Assembly (NCBI GenBank): GCA_038212275.1
Contig: JBBQUR010000002.1
Coordinates: 64,001 to 128,000 of the forward strand
From: Planctomycetota bacterium
GTDB lineage: Bacteria; Planctomycetota; B15-G4
Reading direction: 5' to 3'
DNA length: 64,000 nt
Position 1 is the stretch's first letter; each line of letters starts with the position of its first letter. The position numbers were made by a program, and so were the translations under genes. Under the pieces are notes generated by a model. It was not told the origin of the DNA. It did not search any database and saw only the letters and a program-made list of their open reading frames with translations. This document shows, piece after piece, positions 31,701-41,807 of this stretch.

Positions 31701-33941
31701 GTCGAGCACGCGCTGCAGCCAGACCCGCGCCTCGTCGCGGCGACCGGCCAGCTCCGCGGCCTCCGCCGCCGCGAGCAACTCGTCGGAGGCGGCGCCGGAC
31801 AGGTCGTCGCCGAAGCTGCGCTGCAGCTCCGCCAGCGCCTCGCGCGCGCGACCCTGGACGAGTTCGAGCCGCGCGGAGAGCAGCGCGAGGCGACGCGCCA
31901 CGGACGGCGAGGTCTCGGCGCGCGCGACGGCCTGCGCCAGCGAGCGCGCCATCGGCACGTGACCATCGGCGAGCTCGAGGTCGGCGCTGTCCAGCACCGC
32001 AAGCCACTCGGCGTCGCTGCGTGCCACCGTGGCGGCCAGCGACGCCCACGTGGCGCGGCGCGACGAGGCGTGTCGATCCTCCGTGGCGGGAAGCGACGCG
32101 CCGGGCCGTCGCAGGACCTCCATGCAGCGACGCGCCCACGACTCCCTGCCGGCGGCCTCGAGGTCGTGGCGCGCGGCGTCGAGAAGGCGCGGATCCGTGG
32201 CGGCGTAGCGCGCCGGGCCGTCGTGACGCAGCAGGCCGCGTGCGAGCAGGGCGCGCAGTGCTGCCATGCCTTCGTCCGCGACGACCTCGCGAAGCACCTC
32301 GCCGTCGGCCGGAGAGCCGAGCACGGCCAGCGCGCCGAGCAGCGCGCGCTGCGCCTCGGGCAGGGCGCCGAACTCGTCGGCCAGCGCGGCCTCCGGCGCG
32401 AAGGACGCCGGCCAGTCGGCCCGCAACGGCGTGTAGAGCGCACCGTCGGCGCGCAGCACGCCATCCTCCACCGCGCGGGCGAGCAGGCGGTTGAGGTCGG
32501 CGCGTCGGCCCGCGGTGCGTTCGTGGCCGTGCGCGGCCAGGGCGGACGCCATCTCCGGCGATGCATTCCCGGTGAGGCGACGCAGGTGCTGCTCGAGCGC
32601 GCCGCGCGGCACGGCCGGCCACGGCACGAGCGTGAAGTTGCAGAGGTCTGCGCCCAGTTCCCGCTCGCGGATGACCGCGCCCAGCGCCTGCACCTGCTCC
32701 GCGCTGCCGAGCGCGAGGAGCCGCGGTGCGCCGTCGTGCGCCGCCAGCAGCAGCGCCAGGGCCCGCTCGATGTCGGCGGCATCGGCCAGCACGAGCACGA
32801 CGGCATCCGGCGCCGACGCGCGCACGCGCGCCACCATGCGGTCGGGTTCCTCGGCGTTGCCGACCCGGGCGACGCGGCGCCCCGCCACCGCGACGGCCAG
32901 CTCGAGTTGATCGGCCAGCTCGGGCAGTTCCTCGGGATCGCGCACGCTGACGAGCGCGCTCTCCGGCTCCCTCCCGCGGCTCGTGAGCGCCACCAGCCGT
33001 GCGAGAGCCGCCTCGCGTCCGGCGAGAAAGGGCAGCTCGCGCGGGGACTCGGCTGTGGCCGCCGACGGCTCATCCCCCGGGTCGAGCAGCGCCTGAGCTG
33101 CGCGCGCCGAAACCGGCCGGTCGTCGGGGTGGCGACGCACGAGCGCCTGCACGAGCGCGGACAACTCGGGCGGCAGCAGCGCGGCGTCGAGCCCGGAGGC
33201 CTGCCAGAAGGATTGCCCGGGAAACCGGCCGTGGAAGGCGGCCGAGGGCTCGCCGCAACATGCGAAGGCGACCATCGCACCCACGGAGAAGAGATCGGAG
33301 CGCGGCGTGTGCGCGTGGCCGAGCAGCACCTCGGGTGCGATGTGGAACGGCGAGCCGGCACCCGCCGCGGCCGGGCCGCCGGCAGCACCCGCGGCACCCG
33401 TGGCACTGGTGGCACTGGTGGCACTCGGGAAACTCGCGGCACCGAAGGCTTCGGCTGCACCGACGAGATCCAGATCCACGAGGGAAGTGCTCTCCGCGCC
33501 GACGATCACGTTGGCCGCCTTGATGTCGCGGTGCACGAAACCGGCTTCGTGCAGGGCCGCGAGTCCGTCGAGCAGTTCGTGGAGGCGCGCGGCGGCGAAG
33601 CCGGCGGGTCGTTTCTCTCGCAGTGCTGCATCGAAGGGCAGGCCTTCGATGAAGGGTCGCAGCAGCCAGCTGCGGCCATCGTCGGCGCGGCCCCACGCCG
33701 TCGGCGCGACGAGTCCGCGAGCCGCGACGCGCGCAAAGAGCGCCACCTCGGCGTCCGTTGCCGAGCCTGCCTCCAGCCCGCCGAGACGCAGCACCGCATC
33801 GTGCGGCTCGCGGTCCTGGCGCACTCGGAGCACGTGGGCGCGCTCGGAGCGGCTGAGTTCCGCAGTGACTCGCAGGCCGGAAGGCAGCCCGGCCGGCAGT
33901 TGCACTCGCGGTGGTTTCGAAGCGGGCGGCACGGGGCTCAT
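28800..33941 (-). CDS. Ser/Thr-kinase-like + TPR + GAF + sigma54-activator (AAA+) + Fis-HTH fusion
   Basis: [27 protein letters not shown] helices; [16 protein letters not shown] (GAF); [54 protein letters not shown]. Confidence 0.92.
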   Translation of the reverse strand: MSPVPPASKPPRVQLPAGLPSGLRVTAELSRSERAHVLRVRQDREPHDAVLRLGGLEAGSATDAEVALFARVAARGLVAPTAWGRADDGRSWLLRPFIEGLPFDAALREKRPAGFAAARLHELLDGLAALHEAGFVHRDIKAANVIVGAESTSLVDLDLVGAAEAFGAASFPSATSATSATGAAGAAGGPAAAGAGSPFHIAPEVLLGHAHTPRSDLFSVGAMVAFACCGEPSAAFHGRFPGQSFWQASGLDAALLPPELSALVQALVRRHPDDRPVSARAAQALLDPGDEPSAATAESPRELPFLAGREAALARLVALTSRGREPESALVSVRDPEELPELADQLELAVAVAGRRVARVGNAEEPDRMVARVRASAPDAVVLVLADAADIERALALLLAAHDGAPRLLALGSAEQVQALGAVIRERELGADLCNFTLVPWPAVPRGALEQHLRRLTGNASPEMASALAAHGHERTAGRRADLNRLLARAVEDGVLRADGALYTPLRADWPASFAPEAALADEFGALPEAQRALLGALAVLGSPADGEVLREVVADEGMAALRALLARGLLRHDGPARYAATDPRLLDAARHDLEAAGRESWARRCMEVLRRPGASLPATEDRHASSRRATWASLAATVARSDAEWLAVLDSADLELADGHVPMARSLAQAVARAETSPSVARRLALLSARLELVQGRAREALAELQRSFGDDLSGAASDELLAAAEAAELAGRRDEARVWLQRVLDAPAGRAQELDALRGLGYAAWLEGRSQDCLDIIADAPREDDPDGPAVALLNLRGVACVRLQRWPEAEACFSDALRRCEAGGSSLVLARARTELNRAILDRRRGRSAEAVAALQRAEASFDAAGHVSGRALALQNLGVLHRDLGDLTAARALLQEALALRRRTGETHGILPTLGSLALLRLDAGQVGAALSELDTARARLTGSTYAPEAVVLELHRAMALALAGRHVDAAGALVPASSAPGDQHAALRARATALVRACAGELPGARLAAREACRHAQDHGDVAELFRAAALLVALSPDADDAVTMLRGAADQLGSPVRAAELRWRIAARQSLSSEALQELLTCFEQAGRTDLVRVVAQRLAHVADAAGDKSTRRRASARAAEATDALVETLPAAARQPALERMTHLLCGVPEGPDSGTSTDTPRAGQSPAGLDITWLLTCNRRMAAEDDLAGLLLGIVDSALELTGARRGLLVLLEGDAVSVQAARGMDRAAMPEEEARFSLTVVRDAVSSGRTVVTTDAAADSRFRGTQSIESFGLRSVLCVPLRLPGPVTGALYLDNDQQASVFDDTDAERTGWLADQASLAIANLRRRAELQAGAAELAARHEELLAQRAEIESLNARLAARVQVQEQELVTARTLLRQRGSVSPAPGMVGDSEAMQRVYMLIDRLGPTELPVLVTGPSGTGKDLVARALHARSLRADKPLVIENVAALPPTLLESELFGHVRGAFTGAERDRPGLFAEADGGTFFLDEIGDMPLELQAKLLRVLESGEYRPVGGRRNVRVDVRIVAATHRDLPARVREGSFREDLYYRLNGAEIRLPSLVERLDDLPLLVAHFLALLNGKHRTARTLREPVLRALARRAWPGQVRELANEVSRLYFLSGDVIDDPSLVREPADAGRGVGDGGSDAMPASTSASLKLEDAERVAVQRALTAAGGRKDQAARLLGISRAGLYAKLARLGLAPDSAD

Positions 33942-34217
33942 GGGCTGCCAAGCCTAACCCGGTTCCACGCGCGTGTCTGCTGGCCGTCCAAGCTGCGTAC
34001 GACATTCGGACATGAGCGTGCGACCCGGCGGATGGACTCGGAACCCGCGCCGGGGCCATGAATGGCGGGACAGAGGCGAAGCATTTCGTGCCCGGACTTC
34101 GCGTTTCGCAGGCCCGCTCGGCCACTACCGCCCTCACTTCGCGATCCGGATCCCCAGGTCCCCTGCCCCCTGCCCTCTGCCCGCCTGCCCCCTGAACCCC
34201 CAAGGAGAACTCGCACC

Positions 34218-35228
34218 ATGTCCTTCGACATCGCTCTTCGGTCCTACAGCATCTCCGCATCCCCGCGGACCCGTGGCGCTGCGTCTGCCGCCGCCGCCTG
34301 GCTTTTCTTGTCCGGCGCCGCGCTCGCGCAGAGCTTCAACGTGGACTACGGCTCGAGCACTCCCGCTCCCTCCGCCTCCTACGGCGCGGCCGCAGAGCAG
34401 CCGGGGCCGTGGAATGCCATCACCGGGCTCGAGGACCGCGCCGTCGCGCTGGTGGATGTCGCGGGGCAGCAGACGGCCGTGACCATCAACCCGGACCTGC
34501 CCTTCGGCCCCGCGGCCTTCAATCACCCCGGCACCTCCGGCGACGCCGAGGCCTTGCTCGACGACTATCTGGACCTGCACTCGGTGCCGGCCGCCTTTCA
34601 TGTGGACGGCCTGCAGCCGGGCACTTACGTGGTCTACACCTACGCGTGGGCGCCGGATGAGGCCGCGTTCAAGACCTTCGTCACCGTGAACGGCGCCGAC
34701 ACGCAGATTGTCGGCGGCAAGTGGCCGGGCGGCCTGCGCAAGAGCATCACGCACGCGGTGCACGTCGCCGGCATCGCCGAGGGCGAGTCGCTGGACATCC
34801 AGACCTTCGGCCTGGGAAAGGGCACGCTCAACGGCCTGCAACTCGTGCGCATGGACACGGCCTTCACGGATCTCGGCGGCGGACTCGAGGGCGAGTCCGG
34901 GCGGCCGGAGTTCTTCGGGCAGGGAGCGCTGACGGCGGGCACGCCGGTGACGCTCACGATCTCGCGTGCGGCGCTGCTCACGCCGGTCACGCTGGTGGCG
35001 GGCTTCGCGCGCGTGGACCTTCCGTTCAAGGGCGGCGTGCTCGTCCCCTCCCCCGACCTGATCCTGAGCCTGGGCACGACCAGCGAAGAAGGCACGCTCA
35101 CGCTCGTGACCACCTGGCCGGCCTCCGCGCCGTCGCAGACGGAGCTTTTCCTGCAGTGCTGGTTGCCGGACGCGGCCGCCATCCAGGGCGTCGCGGCGAG
35201 CAACGCGCTGAAACTCTCGGTGCCGTGA
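34218..35228 (+). CDS. Secreted jelly-roll-like domain protein + 'PFKGG' C-terminal domain
   Basis: RBS AGGAGA; ALA-QSFNVDYG, GLQPGTYVVYTYAW, LNGLQLV; domain at 34860-35228. Confidence 0.8.
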   Translation: MSFDIALRSYSISASPRTRGAASAAAAWLFLSGAALAQSFNVDYGSSTPAPSASYGAAAEQPGPWNAITGLEDRAVALVDVAGQQTAVTINPDLPFGPAAFNHPGTSGDAEALLDDYLDLHSVPAAFHVDGLQPGTYVVYTYAWAPDEAAFKTFVTVNGADTQIVGGKWPGGLRKSITHAVHVAGIAEGESLDIQTFGLGKGTLNGLQLVRMDTAFTDLGGGLEGESGRPEFFGQGALTAGTPVTLTISRAALLTPVTLVAGFARVDLPFKGGVLVPSPDLILSLGTTSEEGTLTLVTTWPASAPSQTELFLQCWLPDAAAIQGVAASNALKLSVP

Positions 35229-35278
35229 TCCGTCCACCCCGAGGCTGCCGCACACTCCAGGGCGCCTGGCGCCACCCG

Positions 35279-35680
35279 TCAGGCGTGCAGCCCGCCCACG
35301 CACAGGACTGAGGCGCCGACGAGATCGTCGAAGGCATTCTCGAAGGGAGTCGCGCCCATGTCGGCGGGCGTGCCGTCGGAATCGTGCGGACTGGCCGGGT
35401 TGCCGGCATCGATGCATGGCGAGGCGGGGAGCAGGCGGTCATCGTGGTTCGCGGCGCCCGAGAAGGTGCAGCCGGTGACGGCGGCGAACCCGTCGTTCAC
35501 CACCATGCCGCCGCCGCGCGCGGCGAGCGAAGCGCCCACGGAGTTCGCCGCGACCGTCCTGCCCTGCGCGTTCGCGTTGATCGTCGTGACAGCGGCGCCA
35601 CCGGTGCTCTCGATCACGAGCTGCTTGCCGAGCAGGGCGATGGTCTCGTCGTAGGTGCCGAGCGCGACGAGAATCGTGTC
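35279..35680 (-). pseudogene. Internally deleted remnant of a parallel beta-helix (pectin-lyase-fold) secreted protein
   Basis: DTILVALGTYDETI.LLGK.LVIES..GAAVTTI, GGGM, LLPASPCIDAGNP..DSDGTPADMGA compressed into ~130 aa with no credible start. Confidence 0.6.
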
Positions 35681-35860
35681 GGCGCGCAGAGGCGCGTGGC
35701 GCGAGCGATGATGACCGCGTGTTGCAGCGCGAAACTGTCGTGCTCGACGCAGGCGAAGAACGCTCGCTGCGTTGGCCCGCCGGCGAGCCGTGAAGCCGGG
35801 CCCTGCTCCGGCGGGCCGCTGCATGGCGGCCCCCGCGCATGAACGCTAGAGTGTCCTCCG

Positions 35861-35975
35861 TTCGCTAGGGGTGTGAGCCACGGGCAGCGTCGCGCGGGAA
35901 GGCGTGGCGAGGGCACGCGGCGCACTGAGATCAAACCCTTGGAACCTGATCAGCGCGAGCTGCGGAGGGAAGCGG
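35861..35975 (+). ncRNA. TPP riboswitch
   Basis: AGGGGTG...CTGAGA...ACCCTTGGAACCTGATC...GCGGAGGGAAG directly upstream of thiC. Confidence 0.9.
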
Positions 35976-36044
35976 GCACGGACAGCGTGCGGCGTTCCCT
36001 CCTCGCGTGCCGATCAGCGCACGCCGTCACGGAGCACGAAACCC

Positions 36045-37892
36045 ATGTCCATCGAATCGCTGCCGCGCACTCCCTCCGCCGGGCCCAAGGCTTCTGACCT
36101 CGCCGCGCCGGCGCTCCCCGCCGGCCTCCCGCCGCTCGGCGACAACCCGTCGACGCAGCGCCAGGGCACCTCGCCCGGCAGCTTTGCGAACAAGGGCCGC
36201 GTCGGCACGGCCTGGACTTTCAGCTCGCCGGACACGCCCGGCATGCCGCAGCCGTCGGAGCAGACTGCGTGGAACTTCATGCCCGCGGACTGGACCTGCC
36301 TCGTTGACGACGCTGCGGCCGTCGCGACGGGCGCTCATGGCAGCCGCGACCCGGCGGCGCTGGCCGCAGCGCGCGCGCGGCCCTCCGCCTGGCGCGCGCC
36401 GGCCGACTTCGTGCCGCGCACGCAGCTCGAGCATGCGCGGCTCGGGACGATCACGCCGCAGATGGTGCGCGTCGCGGAGCGCGAGGCGCACCTCACGCCG
36501 GAGCAGGTGCGCGACGAGGTCGCCGCGGGGCGCATGGTCATCCCGGCCAACATCAACCACCTGAAGTGGGCGCTCGACCCGATGGCGATCGGCCGCGCGA
36601 GCCGCACGAAGGTGAACGCCAACATGGGCGCCTCGCCCGTGAGCAGCGGCACCGAGGAGGAAGTCGAGAAGCTGCGCTGGGCGGAGCAATGGGGCGCCGA
36701 CACGGTGATGGACCTCTCCACCGGCGGCGACCTCGATGCCTGCCGCGCCGCGATCGTGCGCGCCAGCACGGTGCCCATCGGCACGGTGCCGATCTACTCG
36801 ATGATTCTCGGGCGGAAGATCGAGGATCTCGACGAGGAGACCGTGCTGGCCAGCCTGCGCCACCAGGCCGAGCAAGGCGTCGACTACTTCACCATCCACG
36901 CAGGAGTGCGGCGCGCGCACCTCGACCTCGTGCGGCGGCGCCTCATCGGCATCGTGAGCCGCGGCGGCGCGCTGCTCGCCAAGTGGATGCTGCATCACGG
37001 TCGCGAGAACCTCATGTTCACCGCGTGGGAGCGCATCTGCGACGTCCTGCGCGAGCACGACGTCACCTTCTCCATCGGCGACGGCCTGCGCCCCGGCGGC
37101 ACCGCGGATGCGACCGACGCCGCGCAGCTCGCGGAGCTGGCCACGCTGGGCGAGCTCACCGAACGCGCCTGGCGCAAGGGCGTGCAGGTCATGGTGGAAG
37201 GCCCCGGCCACGTGCCCTTCGATCAGATCGAGTTCAACATGAAGCTGCAGCGTCGCCTGTGCCACGGCGCGCCCTTCTACGTGCTCGGGCCGCTGGTCAC
37301 GGACATCTTCCCCGGCTACGACCACATCACGAGCTGCATCGGCGCGACGGCGGCGGGTTACCACGGCGCCGCGATGCTCTGCTACGTCACGCCCAAGGAG
37401 CACCTCGCGCTGCCGAAGAAGGACGACGTCAAGCAGGGTTGCGTGGCCTACAAGATCGCCGCGCACGCGGCCGACGTGGCGCTGGGCATCCCCGGCGCGC
37501 GCGACCGCGACGACGAACTCACCAAGGCGCGCGCCGCGCTGAACTGGGAACGGCACTTCGAGCTGTCCTTCGATCCGGAGCTCGCGCGCCAGTACCACGA
37601 CGAAGACCTGAAGGTGGACACGGACTTCTGCGCGATGTGCGGGCACGACTGGTGCTCCGTGCGCATCAGCAAGGAGATCATGGAGTTCGGCAGCGGCAAG
37701 GATCGCGACGCGCAGCCGGAGCAGCGCACGCGGCCGTCGCCCGCGGTCGCGGCGGAGCGCGAGGCGCTCGACGCCCGCGCGCGTGCGGCGGCCGCCGAGC
37801 ACCACAAGCTCGGCTGCCACAGCGATGTCGTCGCGGACGACGGCGCGGCGAAGCGCCTCCAGGAACAACTGATCTCCGTGCCCCGACCGTGA
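36045..37892 (+). CDS. thiC: Phosphomethylpyrimidine synthase
   Basis: [64 protein letters not shown]. Confidence 0.97.
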   Translation: MSIESLPRTPSAGPKASDLAAPALPAGLPPLGDNPSTQRQGTSPGSFANKGRVGTAWTFSSPDTPGMPQPSEQTAWNFMPADWTCLVDDAAAVATGAHGSRDPAALAAARARPSAWRAPADFVPRTQLEHARLGTITPQMVRVAEREAHLTPEQVRDEVAAGRMVIPANINHLKWALDPMAIGRASRTKVNANMGASPVSSGTEEEVEKLRWAEQWGADTVMDLSTGGDLDACRAAIVRASTVPIGTVPIYSMILGRKIEDLDEETVLASLRHQAEQGVDYFTIHAGVRRAHLDLVRRRLIGIVSRGGALLAKWMLHHGRENLMFTAWERICDVLREHDVTFSIGDGLRPGGTADATDAAQLAELATLGELTERAWRKGVQVMVEGPGHVPFDQIEFNMKLQRRLCHGAPFYVLGPLVTDIFPGYDHITSCIGATAAGYHGAAMLCYVTPKEHLALPKKDDVKQGCVAYKIAAHAADVALGIPGARDRDDELTKARAALNWERHFELSFDPELARQYHDEDLKVDTDFCAMCGHDWCSVRISKEIMEFGSGKDRDAQPEQRTRPSPAVAAEREALDARARAAAAEHHKLGCHSDVVADDGAAKRLQEQLISVPRP

Positions 37893-37942
37893 CGGCCGCC
37901 CCCCCGCGCCGGCCCCACCGCGCCGGCCTTGGACATCTCCGC

Positions 37943-38296
37943 ATGACCCCAGCTGAATCCGCCCTGCCCCTCGCCGACCAGGAGTGCGTGCCCTGCAAGG
38001 GCGGCGTGCCGCCGCTGACGCCCGCGCTTCTCGAGCCGCTCGCGAAGCAGCTCCCCGAGTGGACGCTCGTGAAGGCGCACCACCTGGAGCGCGAGTTCGG
38101 CTTTCCGGACTTCGCGTCGGCGCTGGCCTTCGTGAACGAGATCGGCGCGGTGGCGGAGAAGCACAAGCATCACCCCGACCTGGAACTCGGCTGGGGTCGC
38201 GTCGGCGTGACGATCTTCACGCACAAGATCGACGGCCTCACGCAGGCCGACTTCGTGCTGGCCGCGAAAATCGACCGCCTGCAGCTTCCCCGCTGA
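37943..38296 (+). CDS. Pterin-4-alpha-carbinolamine dehydratase
   Basis: CVPCKGG, AE..KHHPDL, THKIDGLTQADFVLAAKID. Confidence 0.92.
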   Translation: MTPAESALPLADQECVPCKGGVPPLTPALLEPLAKQLPEWTLVKAHHLEREFGFPDFASALAFVNEIGAVAEKHKHHPDLELGWGRVGVTIFTHKIDGLTQADFVLAAKIDRLQLPR

Positions 38297-38352
38297 CCGC
38301 CAGCGAGTCCCTCGACCTCCCCCCATCTCGTCGCACCAGCGCACGGAGTCCC

Positions 38353-38751
38353 ATGCCCGACAGCAGTCATCCCCACTTCAACGACCGCGGCACTCTCGCC
38401 TGGCACGCGACGTTCGACGAGGCGCTCGCCGCGGCGAAGCGTGACGGCAAGCTCGTGTTCATCGAGATGGGCCGTGAGCAATGCAGCAACTGCCGCTCAC
38501 TCGTGGAGTCCGTCGTGACGCAGGCGAATGTCGCGAAGCTTCTGCAGGATGGTTTCGTCGCGGTGGCCTCGGACATCGACGACCCCGAGCCCGCCGTTCT
38601 CGACCTGGCCATGGCGAACCTGCCCGATGCGATGATGCTGCCCTTCGTGCTCTTCACCGACGCCGAGGGGAACTTCCTCGCCGGTGGCCACGGCGCCGTG
38701 AACCCCTCCGCCTTCGCCAGGACGCTGCAGACCCTCGCCGAGAAGCGCTGA
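38353..38751 (+). CDS. Thioredoxin-family protein
   Basis: W..FDEALAAAKRDGKLVFI..CSNC..LPFVLFTD; RBS GGAG. Confidence 0.85.
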   Translation: MPDSSHPHFNDRGTLAWHATFDEALAAAKRDGKLVFIEMGREQCSNCRSLVESVVTQANVAKLLQDGFVAVASDIDDPEPAVLDLAMANLPDAMMLPFVLFTDAEGNFLAGGHGAVNPSAFARTLQTLAEKR

Positions 38752-38863
38752 CACCCCCGGCGTGAGCAGCGCCCTCGGCGTGAGCGGTGCGAGCGAGACA
38801 ACAGCTGCCAGAAGTCGCGACGAGGCGTCGCGACACCTCATCACGCGGCTCGCTCGGACACCC

Positions 38864-38896
38864 GTGTGATGTTGAGGCACTGCCTCTACATCACAC
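38864..38896. promoter_or_regulatory. 33-bp near-perfect palindrome
   Basis: GTGTGATGTTGAGGCA-C-TGCCTCTACATCACAC; 15 of 16 arm positions match. Confidence 0.6.
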
Positions 38897-38917
38897 AGGC
38901 CGCGTGAGAAGGGTTCG

Positions 38918-39156
38918 TGAGAGCTGTCGAAGGTGTCCCGGTCCTGGCACCTGGGGTTGACGGGTCACCCCGGCAGCGGTCACTCCGGCTGCGAGCCATA
39001 CGGTGAGTGGGCCGGAGGGCAAATAATTCTGGAGCCGTCCCACCGGCTTCGAGAACAGGGGTAGACTCAACATCCACAAGCGTGCCCCGAATGGGCACAC
39101 CGAGAGGGCGGAGGCCCCCAAATGGCCCGGGAGCTGCTATCCCGGGCCATTGCTTT
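38918..39156 (+). ncRNA. Candidate structured non-coding RNA, family not recognised; strand inferred
   Basis: Lower-GC intergenic stretch with four hairpins, possible long-range pairings and a final 12-bp stem. Confidence 0.5.
39121..39156 (+). terminator. Terminator-like hairpin
   Basis: AATGGCCCGGGA-GCTGCTA-TCCCGGGCCATT followed by a weak GCTTT tract. Confidence 0.5.
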
Positions 39157-39215
39157 GGATGGCGCCGCCCGCTTCCACTCCTTCTCCTGCCCCTCTCGAC
39201 CCGAAGAAGGCCACG

Positions 39216-41798
39216 ATGCCCCCGCTGCCGCGATTCCCGTTGCCGCTCCGCAGGTCTCGCACCGGGCTGACTGCCTTGCTCGTGACGTGCTGTGCGCTTG
39301 CGATGTCGACGCACGTGGCGGCGCACGTGCTGGTGCAGGCCGCGCGGCCTGGCAGCGGCCGAGTCGCCCCGCATGACGTGCTCGACGCGCCCCTCCGGGA
39401 AGCGCTGGCCGCCGCACGCAGCGTCGCAGCGCCGTCGCAACTCCCGGTCTATCTCGTGATGGTTGAGCAGCTCGACGGTGGGCGCGTCGCGGAGTCGCTC
39501 GGCGGCGTGCCGCAGAACGCGCGCCGCGCCGCCGTCATCTCGCGCCTGAAGCAGCACGCGGCGACAACACAGTCTGCCGTGCGTGCGGCGCTCGCCTCGG
39601 CGCAGGCGGCGGGCCGTGCGGGCAGCGTTCAGTTGCTGTGGATGGGCAACGCCGTGGTCTTCACCGCGCAACCCGACGTCATCGAGGCCCTGGCCGCACT
39701 GCCCGGCGTCGATCGCATCCGCCTCAACCTGGATCCGGACCCGTCGCAGGTGCAGGACGCCGTGTCGACGCCGCTCGCTGCCGCACCGGCCCGCGCGCCG
39801 ATGCCGGGGCCTGCGATCGCGCCCATGCCCGCACCGGCGCCCATGCCCGCACCGGCGCCTGTCGCACCGGCGGCCATCGCGGCGACGCTGGGGACGGCGC
39901 CCTATCCTTTTGCCGACGACTTCGAGTCGGGGACGCTGCAGCCGTGGTGGACGGTGGCGACGACGGGCAGCGGCTACGCGACGGTCAGCACGGCCAACGG
40001 GCCGGTGAACACCTGGCATGTGCTCATGGCCACGTCGGTGGACGGCGTGGATTCCACCGCGAGCCTCACGCTCTGCCTGAACCTGCTGGGCCAGTCCGAC
40101 GTCGGCATCCGCTTCCAGCACAAGTCGTTCAACGACGACGCCGACGCGCAGGACGGCGTCTTCGTCAGCACGGACGGCGTCACCTGGAAGCTCGCGCTCT
40201 CGCTGCAGAACGGCACGGCGACGTACTCGCCGAAGACCATCAACCTCGACGTGGTCGCGGCCTCGCTCGGCCTCTCCTACACGAGCAGCTTCTTCGTGCG
40301 CTTCCAGTGGCACGACAACTTCAACATTCCGTCGGACGGCTTCGGCTTCGACAACTTCGAGATCGGCCCGGGCCTCTACGTGCCGCCGCCGGCGCTTCCC
40401 GAGGCCAACCTCGTCGCGCTCCAGGCCCCGCAACTCTGGGAGCTCGGCTATCGCGGCGAGGGCGTACTCGTCGGCACCATCGACTCGGGCGTGCTCATCA
40501 CGCACCCGGACCTCGTGCACCGCATCTGGAACAACCCGGGTGAGATCGCGGGCAACGGCCTCGACGACGACGCCAACGGCTTCATCGACGACGTGCACGG
40601 CTGGGACTTCATCAACGGCACCGGCAACGTGGTCTCGACCGACCCGCACGGCACGAGCACGGCCGGCATCGTGGTGGGCGACGGCGGCGGCGGCAAGGCC
40701 ACCGGCATGGCGCCCGGCGCGACGCTGCTCGTCTGCAAGGTGCTGAGTCAGGCCAGCTACTGGCTTGCACAGCAGTACTGCATGCAGGAAGGCGTGGGCG
40801 TCATCACCTCCAGCTACAGCTACAAGTGGGCCGACGTCCCGCAGCCCGACTACCACATGTTCCGGCAGCTCACGGAGATGGAACTCGCGGCCGGCGTGAT
40901 CCACGCCAACTCGATCGGCAACCAGGGCTCGCTGCTGTCGAGCTACCCGGTGCCGTTCAACATCTCGACGCCCGGCAACTGTCCATCACCCTTCAGGAAC
41001 CCGCTGGACGTGGTGGGCGCACAGAGTTCCGTGCTCGGTTGCGGCGGCATCCAGCTGCCGCTGGACAGTCTCTACCTGCCTTCGGGCCGCGGCCCCGCCG
41101 CGTGGGACAACATCACGCAGTACAACCCGGCCTACGCCTACGCGCAGAACAGCGCCTCCTGGGATTATCCGTACGGCGGCTTCTCCGGCACGGGCCCCGG
41201 CCTGCTCAAGCCCGACCTCATGGCCTACGCGACGAACGTGACCACGGCCACCATCAGCACGACGTACACGATCTTCTCGGGCACGTCGGCGGCGACGCCG
41301 CATCTGGGCGGCGCGCTCGCCCTGCTCCGCCAGGTGCAGCCCGCGGCGCTGCCGCGCCACCTCGCCGCCGCGCTCGAGCTCTCCGCGAAGGACCTCGGCG
41401 TACCGGGCAAGGACAACCTCTTCGGCTCGGGCCGCATCTCGGCCTTCGACGCCGCGCGCCGGCTGCGCATTCTCGGCCGCATGAGCGACATCACGCCCGC
41501 GCTCGGCCACTCCGTCACTCTGGAACTCTTCGGCTACCCGTCGGCGCAGCTCTACGGCTTCTTCGCCGCGTCGATCTTCGACGGGGCCGGCGCCTTCAAC
41601 CTCTTGGCGCCGTTCTTCGCGCTCGGCCTGCCGCCGCTCGGGCCGGCGGGCACCGCGTCGGTGCCGCTGCTGCTGCCCAATGACCCGATCCTGGTCGGCG
41701 TCACCGTGTGGTTCCAGTTCGCTGCCAAGAACAATGACGCGACGTGGGGCAGCGGCGCGCTCATCTCCGTGCCCGAGGCGATCACGATCAAGCCCTGA
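39216..41798 (+). CDS. Secreted S8 (subtilisin-like) serine peptidase with accessory domains
   Basis: Triad motifs IDSG, HGT, FSGTSAATP; DDDANGFIDDVHGWDF; LKPDL; propeptide and Pro/Ala linker. Confidence 0.92.
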   Translation: MPPLPRFPLPLRRSRTGLTALLVTCCALAMSTHVAAHVLVQAARPGSGRVAPHDVLDAPLREALAAARSVAAPSQLPVYLVMVEQLDGGRVAESLGGVPQNARRAAVISRLKQHAATTQSAVRAALASAQAAGRAGSVQLLWMGNAVVFTAQPDVIEALAALPGVDRIRLNLDPDPSQVQDAVSTPLAAAPARAPMPGPAIAPMPAPAPMPAPAPVAPAAIAATLGTAPYPFADDFESGTLQPWWTVATTGSGYATVSTANGPVNTWHVLMATSVDGVDSTASLTLCLNLLGQSDVGIRFQHKSFNDDADAQDGVFVSTDGVTWKLALSLQNGTATYSPKTINLDVVAASLGLSYTSSFFVRFQWHDNFNIPSDGFGFDNFEIGPGLYVPPPALPEANLVALQAPQLWELGYRGEGVLVGTIDSGVLITHPDLVHRIWNNPGEIAGNGLDDDANGFIDDVHGWDFINGTGNVVSTDPHGTSTAGIVVGDGGGGKATGMAPGATLLVCKVLSQASYWLAQQYCMQEGVGVITSSYSYKWADVPQPDYHMFRQLTEMELAAGVIHANSIGNQGSLLSSYPVPFNISTPGNCPSPFRNPLDVVGAQSSVLGCGGIQLPLDSLYLPSGRGPAAWDNITQYNPAYAYAQNSASWDYPYGGFSGTGPGLLKPDLMAYATNVTTATISTTYTIFSGTSAATPHLGGALALLRQVQPAALPRHLAAALELSAKDLGVPGKDNLFGSGRISAFDAARRLRILGRMSDITPALGHSVTLELFGYPSAQLYGFFAASIFDGAGAFNLLAPFFALGLPPLGPAGTASVPLLLPNDPILVGVTVWFQFAAKNNDATWGSGALISVPEAITIKP

Positions 41799-41807
41799 CG
41801 GCGCCTC

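Noticed and set aside
34079..34095. Sigma54-like GGCAC..TGC upstream of the kinase-activator gene (also at 12161)
   Set aside because: GG-to-GC spacing is 8-9 nt rather than 10.
38918..39156. Assignment to 6S, SRP, RNase P, tmRNA or c-di-GMP riboswitch
   Set aside because: Diagnostic cores not found by eye; left unassigned.
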